Below are positions 19,391 through 29,838 of a stretch of 64,000 nt of DNA, piece by piece. Every line of letters begins with the position of its first letter. The first letter of the stretch is position 1. The notes beneath the pieces are model-generated. The model saw only the letters and a program-made list of their open reading frames with translations, was not told where the DNA came from and did no database searches. Made by a program: the position numbers and the translations under genes. The DNA is from Spirochaetota bacterium (lineage in GTDB: Bacteria; Spirochaetota; UBA4802; UBA5550), in assembly GCA_963663865.1 (NCBI GenBank), contig OY760686.1:1741730-1805729 (forward strand), given 5' to 3'.

Positions 19391-20660
19391 ATGTAACTAT
19401 TTCTATGAAGTCTCTATTTTTGTGTTTCTGTTGTTGTCCGCTTTTTTTTCCGGCGCAGAAACCGCTCTTGTGAGCGCCAGACGGGAAACAATTGAGGTCT
19501 CAGCCAGGAGGGGCTCCGGGTCAGCAAAAAAGGCCCTTGTTCTTCTCGATAACATAGAGGAGTCAATCAGTATGATTCTGCTTGGCAATAATATTGCCAA
19601 TGTCGCAGCGTCGGCATTTATCACATACCTGGCGGCAAAGGCCTATATGCTGAGCGACCGTAATCTGTTTTATGTGACAGCAGTACAGACCGCAGTGTTT
19701 CTGATATTCGGAGAGATTACACCAAAGCTGATAAACAAGGCTAAGGGAGAAGGCTTTCTGCTTCTTTTCGCGGTGCCCCTCAATTTCATGAGGCTTGCGG
19801 CCAGGCCGTTTTCCAGGTTTTCTCTCGGTTTCACAGGAATAATGAAGTCAATGCTCAGGGTCGCTAAAAAACAGGCAGGTGTCTCAGTATCAAGAGATGA
19901 GATAAGGTTGCTTTTCACTATTGGAGAGGAGGAGGGCCTTATTGAGGAAGAACACAGAATGTACGTTTCAGAAATACTGCAGTTTCGTCTGAAGACAGTA
20001 CAGCAGATCATGGTTCCAATAGTGGATATTACTTCTGTGGAGATAAACTCAAGCCTGAAAAAACTTTGTTCGTTGATTGAGGAGACCAGGTATTCAAGGA
20101 TACCCGTTTACGAAAGACGGGTCGACAATATTGTGGGGTATGTCTTTTACAGAGATATTCTTCGAAGTAGAGGTGAGTCAACCGTCAGGGAATTGATGAA
20201 TGAGATACAGTATGTGCCGGAGACAAAGAATGTTTTTGAGCTTTTCATTGAGATGCAGGAGAATAGCCTTCCGGTGGTTTTCGTTGTAAATGAATACGGC
20301 GGTATTACCGGCATGGTGACACATGAGGATATAGCCGAGGAGGTTGTAGGTGAAATACAGTCCAACGATCACAATGAGGAAGATCTCATAATCAAAACGG
20401 GAACTAATGAGTATACTGTCTCAGGTTATATCGACATAGAACATCTTCAAAAGGTATTTCCAGTTCAGATTCAGAAGAAGGGCTTTGAAACCCTTGCCGG
20501 TTTTCTTGAATACCACTTCGGTAAAATTCCAAGAAAGGGCGAGAAGCTTGTGCTTAACCGGGTTCAATTCATTGTTGATGAATCCGACAGCCGCTCAATT
20601 GACCGGGTTGTAGTTAAGCTGCCCGCCCGATACAGAAACAAGGCCTCATCTGAAAAGTAG
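19383..20660 (+). CDS. CNNM/CorC/HlyC-family transporter, paralog of the preceding gene
   Basis: Same architecture ('AETALVSARRETI'). It overlaps the upstream gene by 8 nt. Confidence 0.8.
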   Translation: MTECNYFYEVSIFVFLLLSAFFSGAETALVSARRETIEVSARRGSGSAKKALVLLDNIEESISMILLGNNIANVAASAFITYLAAKAYMLSDRNLFYVTAVQTAVFLIFGEITPKLINKAKGEGFLLLFAVPLNFMRLAARPFSRFSLGFTGIMKSMLRVAKKQAGVSVSRDEIRLLFTIGEEEGLIEEEHRMYVSEILQFRLKTVQQIMVPIVDITSVEINSSLKKLCSLIEETRYSRIPVYERRVDNIVGYVFYRDILRSRGESTVRELMNEIQYVPETKNVFELFIEMQENSLPVVFVVNEYGGITGMVTHEDIAEEVVGEIQSNDHNEEDLIIKTGTNEYTVSGYIDIEHLQKVFPVQIQKKGFETLAGFLEYHFGKIPRKGEKLVLNRVQFIVDESDSRSIDRVVVKLPARYRNKASSEK

Positions 20661-20690
20661 ACAGCCTGAAGCCTGCTTGAGAAGTGAGTT

Positions 20691-21038
20691 TTAAAACTCG
20701 TCCATCTTCAATCCGAGATGAGTTCCGCCGAGAACATGAATGTGAAGATGAAAGACCTCCTGTCCGGCATCAGGCCCGTTATTCACGACAACTCTGTAGC
20801 CGCTTTCTTTTATGCCCTTGATTTCTGCAACCCTTGCAGCCGCGAGAAAAATATCGCCGAGAACCTTTGAGCTGTTAATATCAAGGGAATTAATATCGGG
20901 TATATGTTTTTTGGGAATTATCAGAACGTGCACCGGAGCTTTCGGGTTAATGTCGTCAAAAGCGAAAACGCTGTCGTTCTCATAGACCTTCGAAGAGGGT
21001 ATTTCTCCGTTAATAATGCTGCAGAATATACAGTCCAT
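20691..21038 (-). CDS. HIT-family (histidine triad) nucleotide hydrolase
   Basis: 'MDCIFCSIING' and the HxHxHxx triad 'HLHIHVL'. Confidence 0.85.
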   Translation of the reverse strand: MDCIFCSIINGEIPSSKVYENDSVFAFDDINPKAPVHVLIIPKKHIPDINSLDINSSKVLGDIFLAAARVAEIKGIKESGYRVVVNNGPDAGQEVFHLHIHVLGGTHLGLKMDEF

Positions 21039-21237
21039 TTTTATCCTCCATTATAACTCGTATAGTCTCTTGTATTTTATTCTTGTATAATGGTCAAGTA
21101 TTTTGAAGAAAGGAATAGTAAGATATGAGCGATAGACAATATTGTACTTGCTGAATCAAAAAGTGACTGGACCACGCGTTTATTAGTCAGGCAAATAGTT
21201 ACGGCAAGATATTCCTCCAAAAAAAGAAGAATGAATT

Positions 21238-22362
21238 ATGATGAAAAAAATTGATAATATCAGAGCTGTCCTCTATCCGGAAAATGAATCTGCAAACGAA
21301 ATGGTACAGCGGTTCACGTCTCTTGAAGGAAAGATCGTAATCCCGTACAGGGATGAAACAGAGCTTGGCGTCCTTATGAAAACGCTTTCCGGCCAGGGAT
21401 ATGCTTCAAAGGAGGTGCTCATCCTCAAAAATTTTATGGGGAGAACCTATCAGAAATGCCCCGGTTCGAAAAATGTAGTTTGCTGTAATTACAGGCTTTT
21501 AAATACCGCATTTGGCTGTCTATATAACTGCACATACTGTTTTTTAAACACCTACCTCAACTCCTATGGTATTACTCAGTTTATTAATCTCGAAGATATT
21601 GGAAAGGAAATGCTTGAGAATAGTCCCGCGGAAAAGGGTAAAATACTGAGGATAGGGACTGGGGAGTTTACCGATTCGCTCATGTTTGATTCAACAACGG
21701 GCCTTGGCGAAAAGCTTATCCGTGATGTATCCACCAGGAAAGATATTATGCTCGAGTTTAAGACAAAATCTTCAAATGTAGGCCATCTGTGCGCTATTGA
21801 GAACAAAGGCAGCGCCGTTATGGCATGGACACTTAACACCGAGAAGAATATCTCAAAGTGGGAACAGGACACCGCGTCGCTTGAAGAGAGGCTTGATGCC
21901 GCCTCTGAGGCTGCGAGGGCGGGTTTTTTTACCGCATTTCATTTTGATCCAGTCATACTCTATGACGGTTGTGCCGATGATTACAACTCGGTTATTGACC
22001 TGCTTTTCAGAAAAGTTCCTGCTGAGACCATCGTATGGATTTCAATCGGCGGTTTCAGGTACACACCCGGTTATCCGGATGCGATACGCATGGCCTTCCC
22101 GGAAGAGAGTCTCACGTCGGCGGAGATGTTTCCGGGTGTCGACGGGAAGTACAGATATATAAGAAGCGTCAGGGAGAACATCTATTCATCGATATTCAGA
22201 CGCATCAGGCAGTATTCGGATAAGCCCTTTGTTTATCTGTGCATGGAGACCCGGCAGGTGTGGTGCAACTCATTTGGGATTGGCTATGAAAGCTCGGGAG
22301 AGCTTGAAAACGCGATGAGTTCACATATTATTAAGCACTTTTTTAAATCAACCCGCAAATAA
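21238..22362 (+). CDS. Spore-photoproduct-lyase-family radical SAM protein (SplB-like)
   Basis: A CxxxCxxC motif 'CLYNCTYC' at about residue 95. Size and layout resemble SPL/COG1533. Confidence 0.6.
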   Translation: MMKKIDNIRAVLYPENESANEMVQRFTSLEGKIVIPYRDETELGVLMKTLSGQGYASKEVLILKNFMGRTYQKCPGSKNVVCCNYRLLNTAFGCLYNCTYCFLNTYLNSYGITQFINLEDIGKEMLENSPAEKGKILRIGTGEFTDSLMFDSTTGLGEKLIRDVSTRKDIMLEFKTKSSNVGHLCAIENKGSAVMAWTLNTEKNISKWEQDTASLEERLDAASEAARAGFFTAFHFDPVILYDGCADDYNSVIDLLFRKVPAETIVWISIGGFRYTPGYPDAIRMAFPEESLTSAEMFPGVDGKYRYIRSVRENIYSSIFRRIRQYSDKPFVYLCMETRQVWCNSFGIGYESSGELENAMSSHIIKHFFKSTRK

Positions 22363-22447
22363 CCTTGAATAATATTCTTGACCGCCCTGACATGACTGTA
22401 ATGATGTACAGTCATATTCGGAAATATCCGACAAACGGAGAGGTAGT

Positions 22448-23563
22448 TTGGACGAGAAGGAATACAGAGAAGCAAGAAGAAGACTGGAAACACTTTTAAG
22501 TGATATCCAAACGATGCATGTTACAATTGGATCCGAGAATGACAGGATAGAGCTTTCGCGTCTTGAAGCGGAAACGATGAGAGACGGCTTCTGGAATGAC
22601 AAGGACAGGTTTGCTGAGGTAAACAAAAAGATTACAGAGATAAAACGTAAAATTATTCCCTGGGATGATATCCTCAGAGAGGTTAAAGAGGCTTCAGAGC
22701 TTCTTGGAATCGCTGTTGAGGAGTCTGATGAGGCGCTTGCCAATGAGATGGTTTCCGGCATTGAGGGCCTTGAGCGCAGGTTTGAAGAGCTCGAGACCAG
22801 AGAGCTTATGTCGGACGAAGATGATCCAAAAAACGCTTATATAACAATACATCCCGGCGCAGGCGGAACTGAATCGCAGGACTGGGCGAGCATGTTGTTC
22901 AGAATGTATTTCAGGTGGGCAGAGTCGTACGGCTTTAAAGTTGATGTGCTCGACTACACTCCCGGCGAGGAAGCAGGCATAAAGAGCGCAACGCTTCACG
23001 TGAAGGGCGACTACGCTTACGGATATCTCAAAGCGGAGAATGGCGTTCACAGGCTTGTCCGTATTTCCCCGTTTGACGCGAACAAGAGAAGGCATACATC
23101 ATTCGCTTCAGTAGAAAGCGTTCCGGAAATAGATGAGGATGTCGAAGTCGAAATAAATGAATCGGATTTGAGAATTGATACCTACAGAGCTACCGGCGCC
23201 GGAGGTCAGCATATAAACACGACTGATTCCGCGGTCAGGATAACTCATAATCCAACTGGAATAGTTGTACAGTGCCAGAACGAGAGGTCTCAGCACAAGA
23301 ACAAGGCATTTGCCATGAAGCTTCTGAAAACAAAGCTCTATGAACTGCAGAAGGAACAGGCTGCGGAAAAACTCCAGGACCGCATTGGAGAGCGGAAGGA
23401 AATATCCTGGGGCAATCAGATAAGGTCATACGTTTTTCAGCCCTATACGCTCGTAAAAGACCACCGGACAGGACATGAAACCGGTACGGTGGAGAAGGTC
23501 TTCGACGGCGATATCGGCATGTTTATCCATTCATATTTAAAGATGCTGAAATCAAATGTTTAA
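22448..23563 (+). CDS. prfB: Peptide chain release factor 2
   Basis: The GGQ motif 'RATGAGGQHINTTDSAVRITHNPTGIVVQCQNERSQHKNK' with full-length RF2 similarity. TTG start. The frame is uninterrupted. Confidence 0.9.
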   Translation: MDEKEYREARRRLETLLSDIQTMHVTIGSENDRIELSRLEAETMRDGFWNDKDRFAEVNKKITEIKRKIIPWDDILREVKEASELLGIAVEESDEALANEMVSGIEGLERRFEELETRELMSDEDDPKNAYITIHPGAGGTESQDWASMLFRMYFRWAESYGFKVDVLDYTPGEEAGIKSATLHVKGDYAYGYLKAENGVHRLVRISPFDANKRRHTSFASVESVPEIDEDVEVEINESDLRIDTYRATGAGGQHINTTDSAVRITHNPTGIVVQCQNERSQHKNKAFAMKLLKTKLYELQKEQAAEKLQDRIGERKEISWGNQIRSYVFQPYTLVKDHRTGHETGTVEKVFDGDIGMFIHSYLKMLKSNV

Positions 23564-23593
23564 GGGTAAAGCGGATTAAACAGGTCATCGGAA

Positions 23594-24502
23594 ATGAAAT
23601 TCAAATCTGAAAAGCTCAAAAACTTCCAGATACCGGAATTGTCTCAGATGCTGGACAGCGAGCTGTCGGAGATAGAGATCGGCGATGTTCTCGGGAATAT
23701 AGCGCGTACCCGAAGGAACAGCTTCCTGGGCAGGTTCAGCAAATCAGACCTCTTCGAAATACTCAAAGAGGCAGGCGTTCTTGATGAGCTGAGAAAGGAC
23801 GGATTTGAAGATTTCAGCATTGCTGTAGAAATTGATGATACCATGGTGAGCTACATGAAGCTCTACTCCGGTGGAGAGTCGCCGGCAAATCTTCTCATTG
23901 ACCTTCGTTTGACTGAAAACAAGTTCATTCCGGAAAAGAGGTATTTCCCGCTCGATTTTGAGATTCCTACATACGATATGATATTCATAGAATGGCTTTC
24001 GCTGCAGAACCCCCGGAAGGGGTTCGCCGGAAATAAGCCGCAGCTTCCCGGACAGATGAAACCCGGACTCGGGCTTTTGAAAAACTGTTTTAATATGATG
24101 TACATAGTGGGAAAGGAGATCACAAAGGACGGGTTCATGGATATCCCTGACCACTTTCACGGCGCGGTGATGTATTCCAGGAAGTTCAAGTTCTTCAACC
24201 CGGCCCAGGAGGGAATCCTGCATGCCATGCTTCGCGATTTAAGAAAGTATTCATTTTACGATATCACCTGGGGCATGCTGACTGAAACGGTTATTGATAC
24301 CTATAAAAACAAGCCTCAAAAGTATGAGCCGTCCGAGCAGATTTTCCAGGTTTCACCCCGAATGAAAAAGTACTACACATCGATTGCTTATAAAACCGTT
24401 TATCTTCGCTACTATCACAGAAAGAAGTTCAAACTGGACTACGATGAAATGGTAAAGAGGCGGGGGGAGATTCTCAAGTCAAGGAGTATTGAGGAGCTTT
24501 AA
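23594..24502 (+). CDS. Hypothetical protein (302 aa, no family recognised)
   Basis: A long ORF with coding-like composition. It is convergent with the fliS unit. Confidence 0.4.
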   Translation: MKFKSEKLKNFQIPELSQMLDSELSEIEIGDVLGNIARTRRNSFLGRFSKSDLFEILKEAGVLDELRKDGFEDFSIAVEIDDTMVSYMKLYSGGESPANLLIDLRLTENKFIPEKRYFPLDFEIPTYDMIFIEWLSLQNPRKGFAGNKPQLPGQMKPGLGLLKNCFNMMYIVGKEITKDGFMDIPDHFHGAVMYSRKFKFFNPAQEGILHAMLRDLRKYSFYDITWGMLTETVIDTYKNKPQKYEPSEQIFQVSPRMKKYYTSIAYKTVYLRYYHRKKFKLDYDEMVKRRGEILKSRSIEEL

Positions 24503-24954
24503 TCTTCATGAGCCCCTGATTGAAGCTCTCTGAGCACCCGTCTTGTCGATTCAATATCCTCAATGTCTTCGCTGATGTTTTCAAGCTGCGCGGATAGCGC
24601 CTTCAACAGTTCAGAGCGGGTTTCGTTCATTTCGGTGCATGCACTGTGACATAGGTTTGAAGCGGCCGATAAGTCTGTGAAGAAAACTTCAGTGGATGAG
24701 GCAATGAGATCATCAAGGTCCTTTCTGCTCAGCCCTGTTACTGCGGAAAGCCTGTCAAAGCTCTCCGCGATGGCAAAAGTGACGGCATCAACCTCGGACA
24801 TAAGGCCTGATGCCATGTCTATTGTTTCAAGAAGGATGTCGGTATCTGCGCTGCATGAGCTTCGCAGCAAGCTGGAATCAAGCTGAGTTATTCTTCTGTA
24901 AAGGGCGGCTCTTTCGTCGAGAAGACGGGTGAGTGAGGTAAGCAGCTCACGGAC
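24499..24954 (-). CDS. Hypothetical acidic helical protein downstream of fliS (FlgN/FliT-like chaperone?)
   Basis: The ORF track extends to 25110, but that part overlaps fliS. A GTG near 24954 fits a roughly 150-aa helical acidic protein. The start is uncertain. Confidence 0.3.
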   Translation of the reverse strand, partial: VRELLTSLTRLLDERAALYRRITQLDSSLLRSSCSADTDILLETIDMASGLMSEVDAVTFAIAESFDRLSAVTGLSRKDLDDLIASSTEVFFTDLSAASNLCHSACTEMNETRSELLKALSAQLENISEDIEDIESTRRVLRELQSGAHED

Positions 24955-24955
24955 A

Positions 24956-25393
24956 TCATCCCTCAACGCTGAAACTGCCCTTGGACGCGCTTCCCGTCTG
25001 GTCGGACCTGGCTTCATTGGCAGAAATCTTATCCCATGCGTCTCTGAGCGTCTTGAGATTGTCGAGAACAGGCTTGAGCAATTCCCTGTCCTTTTTAATG
25101 TTGGCCTCAAGCAACTGTTTCTTGAAATAGAGGTACAGGTTAAACAGGTTGCCGGATATCTCCCCGCCTTCTTTCATGTTGAGTGAAAGTAGCAGTTCGG
25201 TGATGATGTCCTGGGCTTTGATAATGTTTGTGTTCGCTACATCGTATGTTTTTGCGCTGTCCAGGTTTTCCATGGCAATGTTAAGGAATTTTATTGCGCC
25301 ATCGTAGAGCATAACGATGAGTTTACCCTGATTGGCGGTTGCAATTTTTGTTTCTTTGTACTGGTTAAAAGGATTATTCCCCGTCAGGGCCAT
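24956..25393 (-). CDS. fliS: Flagellar export chaperone FliS
   Basis: Signature 'NPFNQYKETKI...LIVMLYDGAIKFL' at FliS size. Confidence 0.8.
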   Translation of the reverse strand: MALTGNNPFNQYKETKIATANQGKLIVMLYDGAIKFLNIAMENLDSAKTYDVANTNIIKAQDIITELLLSLNMKEGGEISGNLFNLYLYFKKQLLEANIKKDRELLKPVLDNLKTLRDAWDKISANEARSDQTGSASKGSFSVEG

Positions 25394-25513
25394 ATAACGA
25401 TCTCCTGGATTGAATGAGTATTCTCAGTTAATATAACAATATTATCGTATATATTGTCAGGCTACTTTACCTATTTAAACCGGCCGCTGCGGCAAATGCG
25501 GCCGGCTGTAAAA

Positions 25514-26398
25514 TCAGGATCCGATTGACTCAACCCTTTCAAGGATTTCCCTGTACTTCGAAAGGGTTTTCTCTATTACTTCCTCGGGAAGGGGAGGCGC
25601 AGCGGAGTTCTTGTCCCACTCCGTAGAATCCATGTAGTCGCGAATGAACTGTTTGTCGTAGCTGACAGGCGATGAACCCGGGCTGTAAGCGGCCTTTTCC
25701 CAGAACCGGGAGCTGTCGGGAGTAAGCGCTTCATCTATCAGTATTATCTCGCCGTTTTTTATGCCGAATTCGAACTTGGTGTCAGCCAGAATAATTCCCA
25801 GAGGATCCATTTTGTCTCTCGCGAATTCGTAGAGCTTGAGTGTCAGCTCTTTAATCTGAAGAGCCATATCCTCCCCGAGATCTTTAATCATATGGTCAAT
25901 GGATATGTTTTCGTCATGTCCGGAGTCAGCTTTGGTCGCTGGTGTAAAAATTGGGCTTTCGAGCCTGTCAGCGAGCTTCAAGCCCTCAGGAAGCCTTATT
26001 CCGCAGATTGATCCGGTATTCTGGTAGTCCTTCCAGCCTGAGCCGATGATGTAGCCGCGGGCCACGCATTCAAAGTCAATGCGTCTGGTGAGATGCACCA
26101 GTACAGATCTGTCCTGAAGAAGTTCAGGAAAATCGCAGAATGGTTTGGGAAATGATCGGACGTCGGTTTCAACAACGTGATTTTTAATGAAATCGATATT
26201 TTTAAACCAGACGTTGGATATGCGGTTCAGAATGACGCCCTTGCCCGGTATTCCGTTCGGGAACACGTGATCAAAAGCTGATACTCTGTCGGTTGAAACA
26301 ATTAGAAGATGTTCATCGTCAACTTTGTAAAGGTCGCGGACCTTGCCGCTGTAAAATTTCTCAACACCGGGAATTTCTATGCTGGTCAGCGCTTTCAT
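25514..26398 (-). CDS. purC: SAICAR synthetase
   Basis: 'YSGKVRDLY...LLIVSTDRVSAFD' with full-length PurC similarity. Confidence 0.9.
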   Translation of the reverse strand: MKALTSIEIPGVEKFYSGKVRDLYKVDDEHLLIVSTDRVSAFDHVFPNGIPGKGVILNRISNVWFKNIDFIKNHVVETDVRSFPKPFCDFPELLQDRSVLVHLTRRIDFECVARGYIIGSGWKDYQNTGSICGIRLPEGLKLADRLESPIFTPATKADSGHDENISIDHMIKDLGEDMALQIKELTLKLYEFARDKMDPLGIILADTKFEFGIKNGEIILIDEALTPDSSRFWEKAAYSPGSSPVSYDKQFIRDYMDSTEWDKNSAAPPLPEEVIEKTLSKYREILERVESIGS

Positions 26399-26411
26399 GT
26401 ACTGGCCTCCA

Positions 26412-27854
26412 TTATAATGATTTTAATTTTTCAGCCATGAGGCTGTTTACTATCTGCGGGTTAGCCTTGCCGCGGCTCTCTTTCATAACCTGTCCGACGA
26501 GGAAGCCTATTGCCTTTTTCTTGCCGTTTTTATAGTCCTGAACCGAGGCAGGATTGGCCTCGATTATTTTCATGATGAGTTCTTCTATCTCACCGCTGTC
26601 GGTTACCTGTTTAAGGCCTTTTTCTTCGACGATGGAAGGGGCTTTTTTGCCCGTTTCGCACATCTCATTGAATACCTGTTTGGCTGTTTTGCCGTTGATT
26701 GTGTTGTTGTCGATGAGAATAAGGAGTTCCGCGAGTGAGGCTGCTGAGACGTTAAATTCAGTGACAGCATCTGCATCAGGGATTCTGGCAAGAAGTTCGC
26801 TCAGTATCCAGTTCGCGCTTCTTTTGGGAGCGGCTCCCGCGCTGATACATTCTTCGTAATAATCAGCCAGCTGTCTTGATGATATGAGGATGTCGGCGTC
26901 AGCCTCGGGAAGGGCGTACTGCTCAATAAAGCGTGCTTTTCTTGGTGCCGGCAGCTCCGGAAGTGAAGCACGAATCTCCTCTATGAAATCTCCGGTAATT
27001 ACAACCGGGGGCAGGTCCGGGTCGGGGAAATAGCGGTAATCATGAGCGTTCTCCTTTGAACGCATGCTGTACGTTACCATGCTGTCAGCATCCCACAGCC
27101 GGGTCTCCTGAACGATATCAGCTTTGCGGTCGGATTCTGCAAGGTCTGTCTGCCGCTCTATTTCGTAGTTGATTGCGGATCTTACGGCCTTAAAGGAATT
27201 GAGGTTTTTTATTTCAACCTTTTCACCCAGCTTTTCGTCACCGAATTCTCTTATGGAGATGTTGACGTCGCATCTGAGGCTGCCTTCCTCCATATTGACG
27301 TCGGAGACACCGATGTACTTCATTGTGGTCTTGAGGCTCTGCAGATATTCATAGGCCTCGTCGGCCGATCTCATGTCGGGTTCGGAAACTATCTCAGCAA
27401 GGGGAACCCCGGCCCTGTTCAGGTCAACGTAGGATTCGTTTCGGCCGGCAATCTCGGAGTGAATAAGCTTTCCCGCGTCCTCTTCGAGGTGAATTCTTGT
27501 CAGAGCGATTTGTCTGGATCCATCTTTTGTGGAAATATCAACATGGCCTCCCTCGCAGACCGGCCTGTCGTATTGTGAAATCTGATAGGCTTTGGGCAGG
27601 TCGGGATAGAAGTAGTTCTTGCGGTCAAACTTGCTGTATTCTGCTATTTTAGAGTTGAGCGCTAGTCCGGCAAGAACAATCTTTTTCAGAGCATCTCTGT
27701 TCAGCACAGGAAGTACGCCGGGTTGCCCCTGGCAGACGGGGCATGTATGGGTGTTAGGTTCGCCGCCGAATGTTGTAGGGCATGAACAGAATATCTTTGA
27801 CGCTGTATTGAGCTGAACATGGACCTCGAGGCCTATAACAGATTCATATTTCAT
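26412..27854 (-). CDS. gatB: Asp-tRNA(Asn)/Glu-tRNA(Gln) amidotransferase subunit B
   Basis: 'MKYESVIGLEVHVQLNT' with full-length GatB similarity. Confidence 0.9.
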   Translation of the reverse strand: MKYESVIGLEVHVQLNTASKIFCSCPTTFGGEPNTHTCPVCQGQPGVLPVLNRDALKKIVLAGLALNSKIAEYSKFDRKNYFYPDLPKAYQISQYDRPVCEGGHVDISTKDGSRQIALTRIHLEEDAGKLIHSEIAGRNESYVDLNRAGVPLAEIVSEPDMRSADEAYEYLQSLKTTMKYIGVSDVNMEEGSLRCDVNISIREFGDEKLGEKVEIKNLNSFKAVRSAINYEIERQTDLAESDRKADIVQETRLWDADSMVTYSMRSKENAHDYRYFPDPDLPPVVITGDFIEEIRASLPELPAPRKARFIEQYALPEADADILISSRQLADYYEECISAGAAPKRSANWILSELLARIPDADAVTEFNVSAASLAELLILIDNNTINGKTAKQVFNEMCETGKKAPSIVEEKGLKQVTDSGEIEELIMKIIEANPASVQDYKNGKKKAIGFLVGQVMKESRGKANPQIVNSLMAEKLKSL

Positions 27855-28000
27855 TTTTTCCTCGTTTTGTTGTTGAAAATGCCGGGGCTGCTAAGAGAAT
27901 AATTCAACAGCGGTGGCCCTTATCTTATTAGGATCAATTTGTTGGCGTTTTTTGTCAACAAAAATGGGCAACAGTTGGAATATAACAAATCTATGTCTTT

Positions 28001-28546
28001 TTGGGCTTTTCTGTGAAAAAACAATATCTGTTTAATATACTTGTCGTGTTCGCGGCGCTTCTCGCTGGATTCGGGGCGGGTTCATTTGTAGGCTCTGAGG
28101 GGCTGAAGCTATACCTCTTTCGAAGGGCCGCTCTTCCGTTTTTTTTTCCGGGATATTCATCCACATATCATGCGGCAGTAGCCCTGATGAACAGTCCTGA
28201 CGAACTTCAGAGGCTGTCCGGCTATTACGCTTTGATTCAGCTTGGGACGATTGACGAAGGCCTGCTTCTCAAACGTCTTTCCGGAGAGTCAAATCCAGCC
28301 ATAAAACGTTCTATTGTCTGGATTTTAGGGCGAAGCGAGCTCTCAAAGACAGCAGCTAAGACTCTCGCGAGGATATTTGACGAATCGTCAGCTTCAGTAA
28401 GAGAAGAGATTCTGAGAGTTCTGGATAAGCATGACGCGGAAGCGGCTTTGGAGCTGAAAAAGAAGTATAAAATTGAGCTCCCTGCAGGGAGAGAGCTGCC
28501 ATTGTCACCAAATTATTCTTGTCAAAAAAATGCGGCAGCAGATTAG
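28001..28546 (+). CDS. Membrane-anchored HEAT-repeat protein
   Basis: An N-terminal TM helix and HEAT/PBS-lyase-like repeats ('NPAIKRSIVWILGRSE'). Confidence 0.45.
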   Translation: MGFSVKKQYLFNILVVFAALLAGFGAGSFVGSEGLKLYLFRRAALPFFFPGYSSTYHAAVALMNSPDELQRLSGYYALIQLGTIDEGLLLKRLSGESNPAIKRSIVWILGRSELSKTAAKTLARIFDESSASVREEILRVLDKHDAEAALELKKKYKIELPAGRELPLSPNYSCQKNAAAD

Positions 28547-28584
28547 TTCTGTAAGCTGTCACTGTCTATAAGCGAGGAGTCTGT

Positions 28585-29835
28585 ATGGATTACACAAAAT
28601 ATATTGATGAAGTTTGCTTGGGAGCAAAAAAGGCGTCGCGTGCGGCCGCCTCGATGTCTATCAGCAGAAAAATAGAGCTTCTGAAGAATATGGCAGACCG
28701 CCTGGAGAAGAATTCCGGACAGGTCGTGAAGGAAAACCTTAAGGACCTTGAAAAGGCTGAAAAGAACGGTCTTTCCGCAGCCATGGTTGACCGCCTGAGG
28801 CTGACACCGGAAAGAATATCCGGTATGGCGGCGTCAATCAGAGAGATTGCGGCACAGGATGACCCGGTCGGCAGAATTGAGGGGATGACTGTAAGGCCTT
28901 CAGGAATACGCGTTGGCCGCATGAGGGTCCCAGTCGGTGTTGTGGCTGTAATATACGAGTCGCGTCCCAATGTAACTACCGATATTGCAGCATTGTGTAT
29001 CAAAAGCGGAAACGCCGCTATTCTTCGCGGCGGGAAGGAGGCGATTCATACCAATACCGCGCTCTACAGCGTAATATCTGAATCCCTTAAGGAGGATGGA
29101 GCTGATACGGGAACGGTTGTGCTGATTACCAAAACAGACCGCGAGCTGCTGACATCTCTCTTAAAACGCAGCGATTCAATAGACATTGTAATACCCAGAG
29201 GCGGACCCGGATTGATTCAGCACGTCACTGAAGAGTCAACGATTCCGGTGATTAAGCATGATAAGGGCCTCTGTTCGGTATTCGTTGATTCTTCTGCCTC
29301 TCCGGAGATGGCAGAGAAGATCGCTGTAAACTCCAAGGCTCAGAGGCCCGGTGTTTGCAATGCTGCTGAAACGCTGCTTGTTCACCGGGAATACAGTGAG
29401 AAGGCCTCTCTTTTTCAGGCTCTGATCAGCAAAGGTGTCGAACTGAGGGGATGCGCAGAAGCCTGCTCTGTGCTTCCGGGAAGTATTAAAGAGGCATCGC
29501 CGGAGGATTACGATACTGAGTTTCTGGGCCTTGTGATGGCTGTCAGGGTTGTGGGCGGGATTGATGAGGCCATGGATCATATCGCGAATCACGGTTCGGG
29601 ACACTCAGAGGCCATCGTAACAGAAAACTATTCCGCGGCAGAGCGTTTTCTCCGGGAAGTTGATTCCGCGGCTGTGTTTGTAAATGCGTCGACCCGTTTT
29701 CACGACGGAGGTGAGTTCGGCCTTGGCGCTGAGGTGGGAATCTCAACGCAGAAGCTCCATGCCAGAGGAGCCATGGGGGCTGAGGGGCTGACTACTCTGA
29801 AGTATGTCGTCTACGGAAACGGTGAGGTCAGATAG
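28585..29835 (+). CDS. proA: Glutamate-5-semialdehyde dehydrogenase
   Basis: Full-length similarity to gamma-glutamyl phosphate reductase. Confidence 0.9.
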   Translation: MDYTKYIDEVCLGAKKASRAAASMSISRKIELLKNMADRLEKNSGQVVKENLKDLEKAEKNGLSAAMVDRLRLTPERISGMAASIREIAAQDDPVGRIEGMTVRPSGIRVGRMRVPVGVVAVIYESRPNVTTDIAALCIKSGNAAILRGGKEAIHTNTALYSVISESLKEDGADTGTVVLITKTDRELLTSLLKRSDSIDIVIPRGGPGLIQHVTEESTIPVIKHDKGLCSVFVDSSASPEMAEKIAVNSKAQRPGVCNAAETLLVHREYSEKASLFQALISKGVELRGCAEACSVLPGSIKEASPEDYDTEFLGLVMAVRVVGGIDEAMDHIANHGSGHSEAIVTENYSAAERFLREVDSAAVFVNASTRFHDGGEFGLGAEVGISTQKLHARGAMGAEGLTTLKYVVYGNGEVR

Positions 29836-29838
29836 AGA

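Noticed and set aside
22448-23563. Looked for the programmed +1 frameshift (CUU UGA C) typical of prfB.
   Set aside because: The RF2 reading frame is intact from a TTG start through the GGQ domain at 371 aa. No in-frame UGA or split ORF was found. This copy appears to lack the autoregulatory frameshift, as some bacteria do.
24956-25110. A 203-aa minus-strand ORF (24499-25110) extending into fliS.
   Set aside because: Its 5' part overlaps fliS in another frame. It was trimmed to a probable GTG start near 24954. The remainder was kept as a low-confidence hypothetical gene.
27930-27955. The inverted repeat TTGTTGGCG-N5-TGTCAACAA between gatB and the HEAT-repeat gene.
   Set aside because: It is a single low-complexity palindrome with no matching motif elsewhere in the window. 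It is noted only as a possible operator.
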